NCBI GenBank assembly: GCA_044869275.1 | Contig: JBIOXB010000102.1 | Coordinates: 1-24,360 of the forward strand | Reading direction: 5' to 3' | DNA: 24,360 nucleotides | DNA from: a bacterium | GTDB lineage: Bacteria; Zhuqueibacterota; Zhuqueibacteria; Zhuqueibacterales; Zhuqueibacteraceae | Shown here: positions 1-8,220 of the stretch, piece by piece | Layout: each line of letters opens with the position of its first letter | Numbering within the stretch: the stretch's first letter is position 1 | Notes under the pieces: generated by a model | Seen by the model: the letters and a program-made list of their open reading frames with translations, nothing else | Told to the model about the DNA's origin: nothing | Database searches by the model: none | Translations under genes and position numbers: made by a program

Positions 1-2
1 TT

Positions 3-632
3 GTTCTCAACACCTCTTTCAAGGACGAGGCCGGCAATTTCGAAATTCTAGATTTAGTGGTGCAAGACCACAACAACAACGGCCAGTTTGATATGCTCGA
101 GGATCGTATTTTAGCCGGCCCGGTCACGACCACCAACCGCTGGGCCGGTACGGCTTTCATCATGGACTTCAATGCCCTGAATGATCCCGCGCAATTGCCC
201 AACCCCGACGACGTTTATCGTGTCACATTTACACGGCCATTCACCGTGCAGGATTCCGTGATGTTCAAAGTCAATGCGGCCGGTCCCTTGAACGTGGCGG
301 AAGTCAACAGCTCGATGAACGACATCAAAGTCGTGCCCAATCCCTACGTCATGACCAACGAGATGGAGCCCGCGGTTTCAAATCAATACCTGAATCAACG
401 CCGGCTGATTATGTTCACTCATCTGCCGGCACAATGCAGTATCAAAATATTTACCGTCAGCGGTGTGCTGGTGGATGAACTGGTGGTTGAAAACTCCGCC
501 GAAAACGGCACCATACATTGGGATCTCAAATCGAGCGAAGGCTTGGACATCGCCGCCGGGATGTATTTCTACCACGTGAAAGCGGCGGCTACGGGGGACG
601 AAAAGATCGGGAAATTTGCGGTGATCAAGTAG
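3..632 (+). CDS. 3' end of a large secreted/surface protein with a T9SS-like C-terminal sorting domain (5' truncated by window edge)
   Basis: Frame is open from position 3 (VLNTSFKDEAGNFEILDLVVQDHNNNGQFD...). The C-terminus IKVVPNPY...IMFTHLPAQCSIKIFTVSGVLV...WDLKSSEGLDIAAGMYFYHV...KIGKFAVIK matches the CTD pattern, and the gene lies directly upstream of a PorV-like gene. Confidence 0.8.
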   Translation, partial: VLNTSFKDEAGNFEILDLVVQDHNNNGQFDMLEDRILAGPVTTTNRWAGTAFIMDFNALNDPAQLPNPDDVYRVTFTRPFTVQDSVMFKVNAAGPLNVAEVNSSMNDIKVVPNPYVMTNEMEPAVSNQYLNQRRLIMFTHLPAQCSIKIFTVSGVLVDELVVENSAENGTIHWDLKSSEGLDIAAGMYFYHVKAAATGDEKIGKFAVIK

Positions 633-639
633 TGTGAAA

Positions 640-680
640 GCAGAGGGCAGAGGGCAGAGGGCAAAGGGCTGAGGGCAAGG
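640..680. repeat. Heptamer tandem repeat (GCAGAGG) x ~6, degenerating at the 3' end
   Basis: GCAGAGG GCAGAGG GCAGAGG GCAAAGG GCTGAGG GCAAGG, starting 7 nt after the stop codon. Confidence 0.9.
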
Positions 681-721
681 CGCCGCGGCTGTGACATTGT
701 CCTCTCTCGTTCTCAAGTGCA

Positions 722-839
722 CAGACTGTGTGAAAATTTGAGAATGCCGCATCCTGAGCTTGTCGAATGGTGCTAAGTTCAAGAATCCGGCTTCGACAAG
801 CTCAGCCGGCGTTGAGACCAGGCGTTTTCACACAGTCTG
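722..839. mobile_element. 118-bp non-autonomous MITE with perfect 15-bp TIRs and a putative GCA target duplication
   Basis: CAGACTGTGTGAAAA (722-736) and TTTTCACACAGTCTG (825-839) are perfect inverted repeats. GCA occurs at 719-721 and 840-842. No transposase is present inside. Confidence 0.75.
754..805. repeat. Internal palindrome with perfect 14-bp arms inside the MITE
   Basis: CTGAGCTTGTCGAA (754-767) and TTCGACAAGCTCAG (792-805), 24-nt loop. Confidence 0.85.
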
Positions 840-862
840 GCAGCTCGGGAACGAAATTGACA

Positions 863-897
863 ATCCGCGAAAATCAGCAAAATCCGTGTCATCCGTG
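863..897. repeat. Four degenerate ATCCGTG units at a 9-10 nt period (one arm of an ACGGAT/ATCCGT-type palindrome)
   Basis: ATCCGCG 863, ATCAGCA 873, ATCCGTG 882, ATCCGTG 891. Confidence 0.6.
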
Positions 898-997
898 CCC
901 AAAAGAGTGGAAAAAAATTTGTTTCAAAAGATCGCTGACGGATCAGGGTCAAGACGAGAAACGAGAAGAGGTTATCAAGATCATGAAAGAGGCCATC

Positions 998-2071
998 ATG
1001 CGTCGATCAAAAGTGCTGAGTTGTTCATTCGCCGCTGCGATGATCTTCCTGGTCACTGCGGCCGAACCCACGTTCGCACAGCGTCCCTATCGCTTGGGCA
1101 CTACCGCGGCGAATTTTCTCGAGATCGGCTACGGCAGCGCGGGCATTGCCATGGGCGAGGCCTACGTGAGCGTGGTGAACGATCTCTCGGCCTTGTATTG
1201 GAATCCGGCCGGCCTCGGCTTCATGGAACAGAGCGAAGCACAATTTGTGACCCAGCCCTGGATCGCCGACGTCACGACCACTTTTGCCGGCGTCGGAATC
1301 GTCCTGCCGAACGTGGGCACTTTGGGATTCGGATTCTTTCACATCGGCTACGGCGACGAAGAAGTCACGACCATCCGCCAGCAAGAGGGCACCGGCGAGC
1401 TCTTCACCGCCAGCGACTTTGCGCTGTCTTTGTCTTACTCACGAAGGCTGGCGCATTGGTTTTCATTCGGCGCTTCGGCAAAATACATTTCCTCGCAAAT
1501 CTGGCACACCAGCGCGGACGCCCTCGCCATGGATTTGGGCGTGCTGTTCAGCACGCCGTTTTTCTCCATCACCGGCGAGCGTGAAAACGCCATGAGCATC
1601 GGCATGAGCATCTCAAACTATGGCACGCGCCTGCAATACGACGGCATCGATTTGCTCAATCCCATCGACATTCTTCCCGACGAAAACGGCAACTATCGCG
1701 ATGCCCGCGGCCAGTTCACTTTGGATCAATGGGAATTGCCCTTGATTTTCCGTTTGGGCGTTTCGGTGCAACCGCTGGTCGCCGGCCAATCGCGCGTGAT
1801 TCTCGCGGCGGATGCTTTGCATCCCAACAACAACAGTGAGTCGGTCAACGTGGGAGCGCAATATCAATACAAAATCCCCACCACTGGAACTTTCTATTTG
1901 CGCGGCGGGTACAAGGCGTTATTCATGGACCAGTCCGAATTCGGCCTCACGCTGGGAGGAGGCGTCGAGTTGCGCATGATGAACAATCTGGCCTTGAAGG
2001 TCGACTATGCCTATCGCGACATCGGCATTCTCGGGCATGCGCATAATTATTCCTTCGGGATAAAATTTTAA
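998..2071 (+). CDS. PorV/PorQ (UPF0164)-like outer-membrane beta-barrel protein
   Basis: ATG 998 is preceded by AAAGAGG (ATG 983 is an alternative; the ORF track start at 767 runs through repeats). Signal peptide ends ...PTFA/Q. Family-typical motifs GTTAANFLEIG, AMGEAYV and ALYWNPAGL. Alternating beta-strands and a terminal Phe (YSFGIKF). Confidence 0.85.
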   Translation: MRRSKVLSCSFAAAMIFLVTAAEPTFAQRPYRLGTTAANFLEIGYGSAGIAMGEAYVSVVNDLSALYWNPAGLGFMEQSEAQFVTQPWIADVTTTFAGVGIVLPNVGTLGFGFFHIGYGDEEVTTIRQQEGTGELFTASDFALSLSYSRRLAHWFSFGASAKYISSQIWHTSADALAMDLGVLFSTPFFSITGERENAMSIGMSISNYGTRLQYDGIDLLNPIDILPDENGNYRDARGQFTLDQWELPLIFRLGVSVQPLVAGQSRVILAADALHPNNNSESVNVGAQYQYKIPTTGTFYLRGGYKALFMDQSEFGLTLGGGVELRMMNNLALKVDYAYRDIGILGHAHNYSFGIKF

Positions 2072-2162
2072 TTAGAGGTTGTCATTCTGAGGGAATCTTT
2101 TTAACATGCGAGCCCGGTGCAAGCTTTCCCAAAAATCGCATTGGTATGACCACGCCGAGACG

Positions 2163-3017
2163 ATGATGAGACACTTGTTGATGGGCACAATCTTTATTTG
2201 CAGCGGCTGCTGGCAACTGGGCTGCAAAAAGCAATCCGTCGTTCCCAACCAGCAATCGCGCGCGGAATGGGAAATCGAAGGCTGGCAACTGGTGTGGCAA
2301 GATGAATTCGACGGCACGAGCATCGATTTATCCAAATGGGGGCACGAAGTGAACGCGCAAGGCGGCGGCAACAACGAGCTGCAATACTACACCGCCCGTT
2401 CCGAGAACTCGTTTGTCGGGGGAGGCGCGCTCACGATTCGCGCGCTCAAAGAGAACTATACCGGTGCCGAAGGCACGCGCGCCTACACCTCGGCCAGAAT
2501 GCGCACTCTGCACAAAGGAGATTGGAAATACGGCCGCTTCGACATTCGCGCCAAGCTGCCGCGCGGCCGCGGCATTTGGCCGGCGATCTGGATGCTGCCG
2601 ACGGATTGGGTCTATGGCGGCTGGGCCGCCAGCGGCGAAATCGACATCATGGAGTTGTTGGGACACGACACCAAAACCGTGCACGGCACGCTGCATTACG
2701 GCGGCGCTTGGCCGGAGAATGTAAACTCCGGCAAGGCTTTGACCCTGCCACAAGGCGATTTTGCAAATGAGTTTCACACGTTCCGTCTCGATTGGGAAGC
2801 CAATGAATTCAAATGGTATGTTGACGATGAGCTTTATCAGACCCAAACGCAATGGCATACCAAAGGCCAACCTTACCCCGCCCCGTTCGATCAGCGCTTC
2901 CACTTGCTGCTCAATCTCGCCGTTGGCGGTAACTGGCCCGGCAATCCCGACGCCAGCACGATTTTTCCACAAACGATGATGGTGGACTACGTGCGGGTTT
3001 ACCGCCGCGCACCCTAG
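2163..3017 (+). CDS. GH16 beta-1,3(-1,4)-glucanase (laminarinase-like), probable lipoprotein
   Basis: Catalytic EIDIME motif, plus WQLVWQDEFDG, GGGNNELQYY, GIWPAIWML and LLNLAVGGNWPG. Lipobox-like QLGC. Start 2163/2166 preferred over 2106. Confidence 0.93.
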   Translation: MMRHLLMGTIFICSGCWQLGCKKQSVVPNQQSRAEWEIEGWQLVWQDEFDGTSIDLSKWGHEVNAQGGGNNELQYYTARSENSFVGGGALTIRALKENYTGAEGTRAYTSARMRTLHKGDWKYGRFDIRAKLPRGRGIWPAIWMLPTDWVYGGWAASGEIDIMELLGHDTKTVHGTLHYGGAWPENVNSGKALTLPQGDFANEFHTFRLDWEANEFKWYVDDELYQTQTQWHTKGQPYPAPFDQRFHLLLNLAVGGNWPGNPDASTIFPQTMMVDYVRVYRRAP

Positions 3018-3151
3018 TACTCAAAGGGTAATTATTCTGCACAAAGGGAAACGTAAACGGATTGAGCAGATAACGCACGTCAGTGCCCAGATACATCGTA
3101 CGCCCTGGATGGAAGTGCAGGGCGAGGTTTGAATATCATTCAGGATCGAAA

Positions 3152-4237
3152 ATGCAACAAAAGTCCAACCGATTCATTCTCATCGCTGCAGCCGCTCTCT
3201 CTTTCTTGATCACCAGTTGTTCCAAAGATTCCGGCAATCCCATGTCTCCGGAGGACGAGACCCCGCCGGATGCGTTCACGCAAAACGCGCGCCTGGGCCG
3301 GGGCGTGAATTTAGGCAATGCGCTGGAAGCACCGAATGAAGGTGAATGGGGCGTCACGCTCAAAAGCGAGTATTTCGATTGGATCAAAAGCGCGGGCTTC
3401 AATTCCGTGCGCATTCCCATTCGCTGGTCCGCGCACGCGTTGGCCGCTGCACCCTACACCATCAGCGAGAGTTTTCTGCGCCGCGTCGATTGGGCGGTGT
3501 CCGAGGCTTTCGCGCGCCAGCTAGCGGTGGTGATCAATATGCACCATTACGAGGAGATCATGGCGGATCCCGCCGGGCACAAGGCGAGGCTCCTCGCGAT
3601 TTGGGAACAACTGGCGCGCCATTATCGCAATCATTCCAGTCAACTTTTCTTCGAATTGCTCAACGAGCCCAACGCCAATCTCACGCCTGCTTTGTGGAAT
3701 CAATATTTGCAGGACGCGCTCGCCCTCATCCGGCAGACGAATCCCACCCGCACGATCGTCGTGGGGCCGGGTTTTTGGTACAACCTGAGCGCGCTCAGCA
3801 GCCTCGCGCTTCCTGCGGACGACGACCACCTCATCGTCGCCGTGCATTATTACAATCCCTTCAACTTCACGCATCAGGGCGCGGAATGGGTTCCCGGCAG
3901 TGAGGCCTGGCTGGGTACACCATGGCTGGGCACGCCGGCCGAGCAGCAGGCGATCGTGCGCGAGTTTGCCACCATCGCAAGCTGGGGCACCACGCACAAC
4001 CGGCCCATGAACATCGGCGAATTTGGCGCCTACAGCAGGGCAGACATGGATTCGCGCGCGCGCTGGACTGCGTTCGTGGCGCGCACGGCCGAAGCCAACA
4101 ATATCAGCTGGCATTATTGGGAATTCATATCGGGTTTTGGCGTTTACAATGCCGCTGCCAATGATTGGAATTATCCATTGCTCGCGGCGCTCATTCCTGG
4201 CGGTACCTTTACCATGTCATCCCGCCGTGCGGGATGA
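3152..4237 (+). CDS. GH5 endoglucanase/mannanase-like enzyme (resembles Thermotoga Cel5A, subfamily 25), lipoprotein
   Basis: RGVNLGNALEAP, VRIPIRW, acid/base FELLNEP, HYYNPFNFTHQGAEW and nucleophile IGEFG. Lipobox ITSC after MQQKSNRF. Confidence 0.92.
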   Translation: MQQKSNRFILIAAAALSFLITSCSKDSGNPMSPEDETPPDAFTQNARLGRGVNLGNALEAPNEGEWGVTLKSEYFDWIKSAGFNSVRIPIRWSAHALAAAPYTISESFLRRVDWAVSEAFARQLAVVINMHHYEEIMADPAGHKARLLAIWEQLARHYRNHSSQLFFELLNEPNANLTPALWNQYLQDALALIRQTNPTRTIVVGPGFWYNLSALSSLALPADDDHLIVAVHYYNPFNFTHQGAEWVPGSEAWLGTPWLGTPAEQQAIVREFATIASWGTTHNRPMNIGEFGAYSRADMDSRARWTAFVARTAEANNISWHYWEFISGFGVYNAAANDWNYPLLAALIPGGTFTMSSRRAG

Positions 4238-4304
4238 CATGGCTGAGGGTATATAAATTATGGTGACAGTGCACTAGTGCTCAGAATATGAGAGAAACCG
4301 CACG

Positions 4305-6350
4305 ATGCATGCTCGAATCACATTTTTCATGATCGTCATCTTCGCGCTCACCCAGGAATGCGCTTCACAGCTTCTGCGCGTGGAGGGCAAGGAAATCGTT
4401 GATGCCGCCGGCAAGCCCGTTCTGCTACGCGGTCTCGGTCTCGGCGGCTGGCTGGTGCCGGAAGGCTACATGCTGCACACGCCGGGTTATGGCTCGCCCA
4501 CCTCGATTCGCAACATGATTCAGGACCTCCTCGGCGTGGCAGACACGGAACGCTTCTACGAGCTGTATCGCGCCAATTATGTGAATGAAAAAGACATTGA
4601 ACAAATTGCCGCATGGGGCTTCAACAGCATCCGCCTGCCTTTTCATTATGACTTAATTTCTCCTGCAGACCAGCCCGGCGTTTTTTTAGAAAAGGGTTTT
4701 CAGGTAATGGATTCACTGATCGCCTGGAGTAAAAAAAGCGGCATGCATGTGATTCTCGACATGCATTGCGCGCCGGGCGGGCAAAATCCAAACAACATCA
4801 GCGATAGTGACGGCGAAGCCAAACTTTGGACGGTTCCCTTTCATCAAGATAGAACGGTCGAGATCTGGAAAAAAATTGCCGAGCGTTACGCCAACGAAGC
4901 GTGGATCGCCGGATACGATCTGCTCAACGAGCCGGTCCTGCCAGCGGGATTTACCAATCTTGACCTGCGCAATCTTTTCAGGCGCATCGCGCAAGCCCTC
5001 CGTGAAGTTGACAGCAACCACATCCTGTTCATTGAAGGCAATACTTTTGCAACAGATTTCAGGGATTTGACGCCCCCGCTGTTCTACGGCCCCAACATCG
5101 TCTACAGCTTCCACAAGTACTGGAGCGAGACTTCACAGGCGACGATTCAGGACTATCTCAATATGCGCGAAAATTGGAATGTTCCTCTTTGGATGGGAGA
5201 ATCCGGTGAGAATTCCAATCCGTGGTTTTACGAAACGATCCAACTGTTGGAAGCAAAGAACATCGGCTGGTGCTGGTGGACGCACAAGAAAATTCAAACC
5301 ACCACCAGTCCGCTTTCGGCCGAGATGACGCCGGAATACCAGCGTGTGTTGGACTATTGGAACGGCACCACCAGCCGGCCCTCACCGGCGGAGGCGCGCA
5401 CGGCACTTTTCGGGATGGCAGAAAATCTGGCGTTGAATAAATGCACGCCTCGTCCGGATGTCCGGCACGCCTTGCTTGGCGCCAAATTCAATACTCAGCT
5501 CGAGCCGTTCACTCCCCACCATCTTCCCGGCATCATTCCCTGCGCCGAATACGACTTCGGCAATGCTGGCCTCGCCTATCATGATCAAGATTATAAAAAA
5601 GTGCGCTGGGACGTCGATCAGCCCTGGAATACGGGCAGGGAATTCCGCAATGATGGCGTGGACATCGAAAAAAGCCTGGACACAGAAGGCGCGAAATACA
5701 ACCTCGGTTGGATTGCCAACGGCGAGTGGTTGAAATATACCGTCACGGTCACGGCAGCGGGATTGTACGAGGTTGTTTTTCGCGTTGCCAGCCCCAATGG
5801 CGGCGGCGCGCTGAAGCTGGCGCTCGATGGCCAGGAACTGATTGCTGCTCTTTCCGTTCCCAGAACGAACGGCTGGCAAAATTGGGTCTCTTTAAGATAT
5901 GAAAACCTGAGCTTGCCGGCGGGCGAGCATGTCTTGACGTTGTTTTTTGTGGGAGAAGGCTATAATATCAATCAAATGCGGTTCATCCTCAGATCGCCGA
6001 ATGCTGTCGAAGGTGAATCCCAGGGCCGCCTGATCGAGAAATACGAGTTGCTTCAGAGCCATCCCAATCCCATTGCGAGAATCGGCGGAGGCAAAAACCA
6101 AGGCCGCGCAACGCCCTCAAAGACGGCCATTCGTTTCTCATTGCCCGTGTCCGCGCAAGTTTCTCTCAGAATTTACAACCTTCTGGGCCGCCAAGTCCGC
6201 ACCCTGATCAACGGCCATTATCCGGCCGGGCGGCATACCGGCGTTTGGGATGGCAGGGATGACGGCGGCCACGCTGCGGAAGCAGGAGTTTATTTTTATA
6301 CGCTGCAAGCCGGAAGTGAAAGATTGACGCGAAAACTGCTGCTGCAATAA
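4305..6350 (+). CDS. GH5 + CBM6-like module + C-terminal FlgD/T9SS sorting domain
   Basis: GLGGWLVPEGYM, NSIRLP, LDMHCAPGGQ, YDLLNEP, SFHKYW and WMGESGEN mark the GH5 domain. CBM6-like LGWIANGEWLKYTV...TNGWQNW. Tail HPNP...LRIYNLLGRQVRTL...WDGRDD...GVYFYTL...TRKLLLQ. Confidence 0.9.
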   Translation: MHARITFFMIVIFALTQECASQLLRVEGKEIVDAAGKPVLLRGLGLGGWLVPEGYMLHTPGYGSPTSIRNMIQDLLGVADTERFYELYRANYVNEKDIEQIAAWGFNSIRLPFHYDLISPADQPGVFLEKGFQVMDSLIAWSKKSGMHVILDMHCAPGGQNPNNISDSDGEAKLWTVPFHQDRTVEIWKKIAERYANEAWIAGYDLLNEPVLPAGFTNLDLRNLFRRIAQALREVDSNHILFIEGNTFATDFRDLTPPLFYGPNIVYSFHKYWSETSQATIQDYLNMRENWNVPLWMGESGENSNPWFYETIQLLEAKNIGWCWWTHKKIQTTTSPLSAEMTPEYQRVLDYWNGTTSRPSPAEARTALFGMAENLALNKCTPRPDVRHALLGAKFNTQLEPFTPHHLPGIIPCAEYDFGNAGLAYHDQDYKKVRWDVDQPWNTGREFRNDGVDIEKSLDTEGAKYNLGWIANGEWLKYTVTVTAAGLYEVVFRVASPNGGGALKLALDGQELIAALSVPRTNGWQNWVSLRYENLSLPAGEHVLTLFFVGEGYNINQMRFILRSPNAVEGESQGRLIEKYELLQSHPNPIARIGGGKNQGRATPSKTAIRFSLPVSAQVSLRIYNLLGRQVRTLINGHYPAGRHTGVWDGRDDGGHAAEAGVYFYTLQAGSERLTRKLLLQ

Positions 6351-6358
6351 TTCACCCA

Positions 6359-7861
6359 ATGAACAAACGCACGATTGCCTTCGTCTTCCTCCTCTGTTTA
6401 TCCGTGCTGCAATGCGGCAAAAAAGAAAAGCCAGAATCAACGGAAGCCGTTCTCGCCCGCATCGCCGGCAAGAACATTTTTGTGAGTGAATTCATTCGCC
6501 GTGCAGAGTACACGCCCCGCCCCGCCTATTGCCGCAGTGACAATTATATCCACAAAAAGATCGTGCTCAATTCGTTGATTGCCGAGAAACTCCTGGCGCT
6601 CGAGGCCGGGGAAGGCAATGCACTCCTGCGCCAGGAAGAGTTTCAGCTCTATTTGCAGGGACGCCAGGAGCAGGCCATGCGGCAATGGCAGTTTCATCAG
6701 GAGGCTTATCAAAAAGTTCAACTCGACACGAGCGAGGTGAAAAACGCATACCACGCTGCGGGCCGGACCTACACAATTGCTTATTATACCATCAAAGACA
6801 GCAGCATCGCCAACCTGTTGCGAACGGAAATGGCCAGCCGGGGAAAATCTTTTGAGCAGCTTTATTATGAAACCGGCGCGCTTGCAAGCCTGCCGCAGCG
6901 CGAAGTGGCCTGGGAGTCGCCGGAGCAGGACGCCATTCACGAGGCCTTGTTCTCGCGCGCACTGAACAAGGGCGAGGTGCTCGGGCCCTTGCCGGTCGCA
7001 AATCAGCAGTTCGTCATGATGAAAATTCTGGGTTGGACCGAACAAGTCGCCGTTTCCAATTCTCAAGTCCAAAGCAGATGGCAGGAAGTTTCAGAAAAGT
7101 TGACTCTGCGAAGATCCGCAGCGCTCTACCAGCAATACGCCGCCGAGGTCATGCGCGGCAAGACGCTGGAATTTTCACCGCAAACGTTTCGCAAACTTGT
7201 TGCCATTGCCGGCCCTATCTATGTGAAATCCTCCGAAGAACAACAAGAGGCGTTGCATCAGCAATTCTGGGGCGAGGCTGCCAGCGATAGCGCCGGGCAG
7301 CAGATGGGAAAAAACCTCGAGGTGATTTTGGACGAGCCCTTGTTTCGCATCGACGGCCAGATCTGGACGGTGCGCGACTTGGAACACGAAATGAAAATCC
7401 ATCCCTTGGTCTTCAGGGAAAAAAAGCTGAAGCAGAGTGAATTTGCCGAACAATTCAAGTTGGCGATCGTGGACCTGGTGCGCGATCGCTATCTCACGCA
7501 GGCAGCATATCAAAAAGGCTACGATCGCGCGGAGGCGGTGCAACGCAATGTGGAGATGTGGAAAGACAACCTGCTTTTTTTGCACCAGCAGAAGCAGTAC
7601 TTAAAATCTCTGAGCAAAGACCATGACTTCAAGCGCGAATATCTCAAGATCATCGCCGCCGATTTGAATCCTTACGTGGATCGCCTGCAGGCGCGATACG
7701 CCCAAGCGATCCAGATCGATATGGAGGCCTTCGAAAAAATCAAATTGACCGGCCTCGATATGTTCGTGCTCCGCCGGCAGGACCCCTTCCCCGTGGTGGT
7801 GCCGAACTTCCCAATTATTACCACCGACAGCCAGTTGGATTACGGCAGGAAGATGAATTGA
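6359..7861 (+). CDS. SurA/PrsA-like (PPIase-type chaperone) lipoprotein, probably catalytically degenerate
   Basis: Lipoprotein-like signal ending VLQC-GKK. SurA N-terminal-like VLARIAGKNIFVSEF...LNSLIAEKLLALEA. PPIC-like SFEQL...ALFSRALNKGEVLGP...FVMMKI. A second SurA-like segment PLFRIDGQIWTVRDL...LVRDRYLTQAAYQKG. Confidence 0.65.
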   Translation: MNKRTIAFVFLLCLSVLQCGKKEKPESTEAVLARIAGKNIFVSEFIRRAEYTPRPAYCRSDNYIHKKIVLNSLIAEKLLALEAGEGNALLRQEEFQLYLQGRQEQAMRQWQFHQEAYQKVQLDTSEVKNAYHAAGRTYTIAYYTIKDSSIANLLRTEMASRGKSFEQLYYETGALASLPQREVAWESPEQDAIHEALFSRALNKGEVLGPLPVANQQFVMMKILGWTEQVAVSNSQVQSRWQEVSEKLTLRRSAALYQQYAAEVMRGKTLEFSPQTFRKLVAIAGPIYVKSSEEQQEALHQQFWGEAASDSAGQQMGKNLEVILDEPLFRIDGQIWTVRDLEHEMKIHPLVFREKKLKQSEFAEQFKLAIVDLVRDRYLTQAAYQKGYDRAEAVQRNVEMWKDNLLFLHQQKQYLKSLSKDHDFKREYLKIIAADLNPYVDRLQARYAQAIQIDMEAFEKIKLTGLDMFVLRRQDPFPVVVPNFPIITTDSQLDYGRKMN

Positions 7862-7964
7862 CGAAGGACGAGTTGATGATGCGTTTCGCTCATCAAATGG
7901 AAAAATGAATTCAAATTATTTTGCCACTAAATCATCTTGCCAGAGAATTTTGAAAATTTCTTCG

Positions 7965-8027
7965 CCAACGGATAAGAAGCGACCAACGGATTCAGGGTAA
8001 TCCGTTGGTCGTTTTTTAATCCGTTGG
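7965..8027. repeat. Double-core palindrome A (CCAACGGAT x2 / ATCCGTTGG x2)
   Basis: CCAACGGAT at 7965 and 7983; ATCCGTTGG at 8000 and 8019. Perfect inner stem CGACCAACGGATT/AATCCGTTGGTCG with a 6-nt loop. Confidence 0.9.
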
Positions 8028-8149
8028 AAAGCCTTTTGTCTAAAGTTGCTCCGCAAGGAGCTTCGGTCTTCAGCTTGTCCGAAAATCCGCTATGGAGCAA
8101 TAGCAGAAAATTTTGCACACAGAAAACCCTTACAAACAAAGCAAGTTTT

Positions 8150-8220
8150 GCCCACGGAAATTGAACTCCCACGGAATCGAGCTTAAGAAATACTTCCGTG
8201 GGAGTTCTAATTCCGTGGGC
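8150..8220. repeat. Double-core palindrome C (CCCACGGAA x2 / TTCCGTGGG x2)
   Basis: CCCACGGAA at 8151 and 8168; TTCCGTGGG at 8194 and 8211. The GAACT/AGTTC spacers also pair. 17-nt loop. Confidence 0.9.

Larger units (their letters stand above)
707..854. repeat. REP-like palindrome split by a MITE insertion
   Basis: Arms TCGTTCTCAAG (707-717) and CTCGGGAACGA (844-854) are imperfectly complementary. Removing the insert and one GCA restores TCGTTCTCAAGTGCAGCTCGGGAACGA. Confidence 0.65.

Noticed and set aside
378..782. 134-aa minus ORF, plus the 760..1584 ORF and the 767-997 N-terminal extension of the PorV-like ORF
   Set aside because: They translate repeats (e.g. PFDKLRMR, ALCPLPSA, NPCHPCP) or shadow real genes.
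2080..2149. GTCATTCTGAGGGAATC...ATGAC, a possible degenerate REP-like element
   Set aside because: Only about 5 bp of the right arm pairs, which is too weak to call.
3101..3124. CGCCCTG/CAGGGCG hairpin between GH16 and GH5
   Set aside because: A 7-bp stem without a U-tract; could be chance.
7965..8220. CRISPR-like appearance of the repeated CCAACGGAT / CCCACGGAA units
   Set aside because: Units are 9 nt, arranged as inverted pairs with 8-10 nt spacers. There is no 23-50 nt direct-repeat array and no cas gene.
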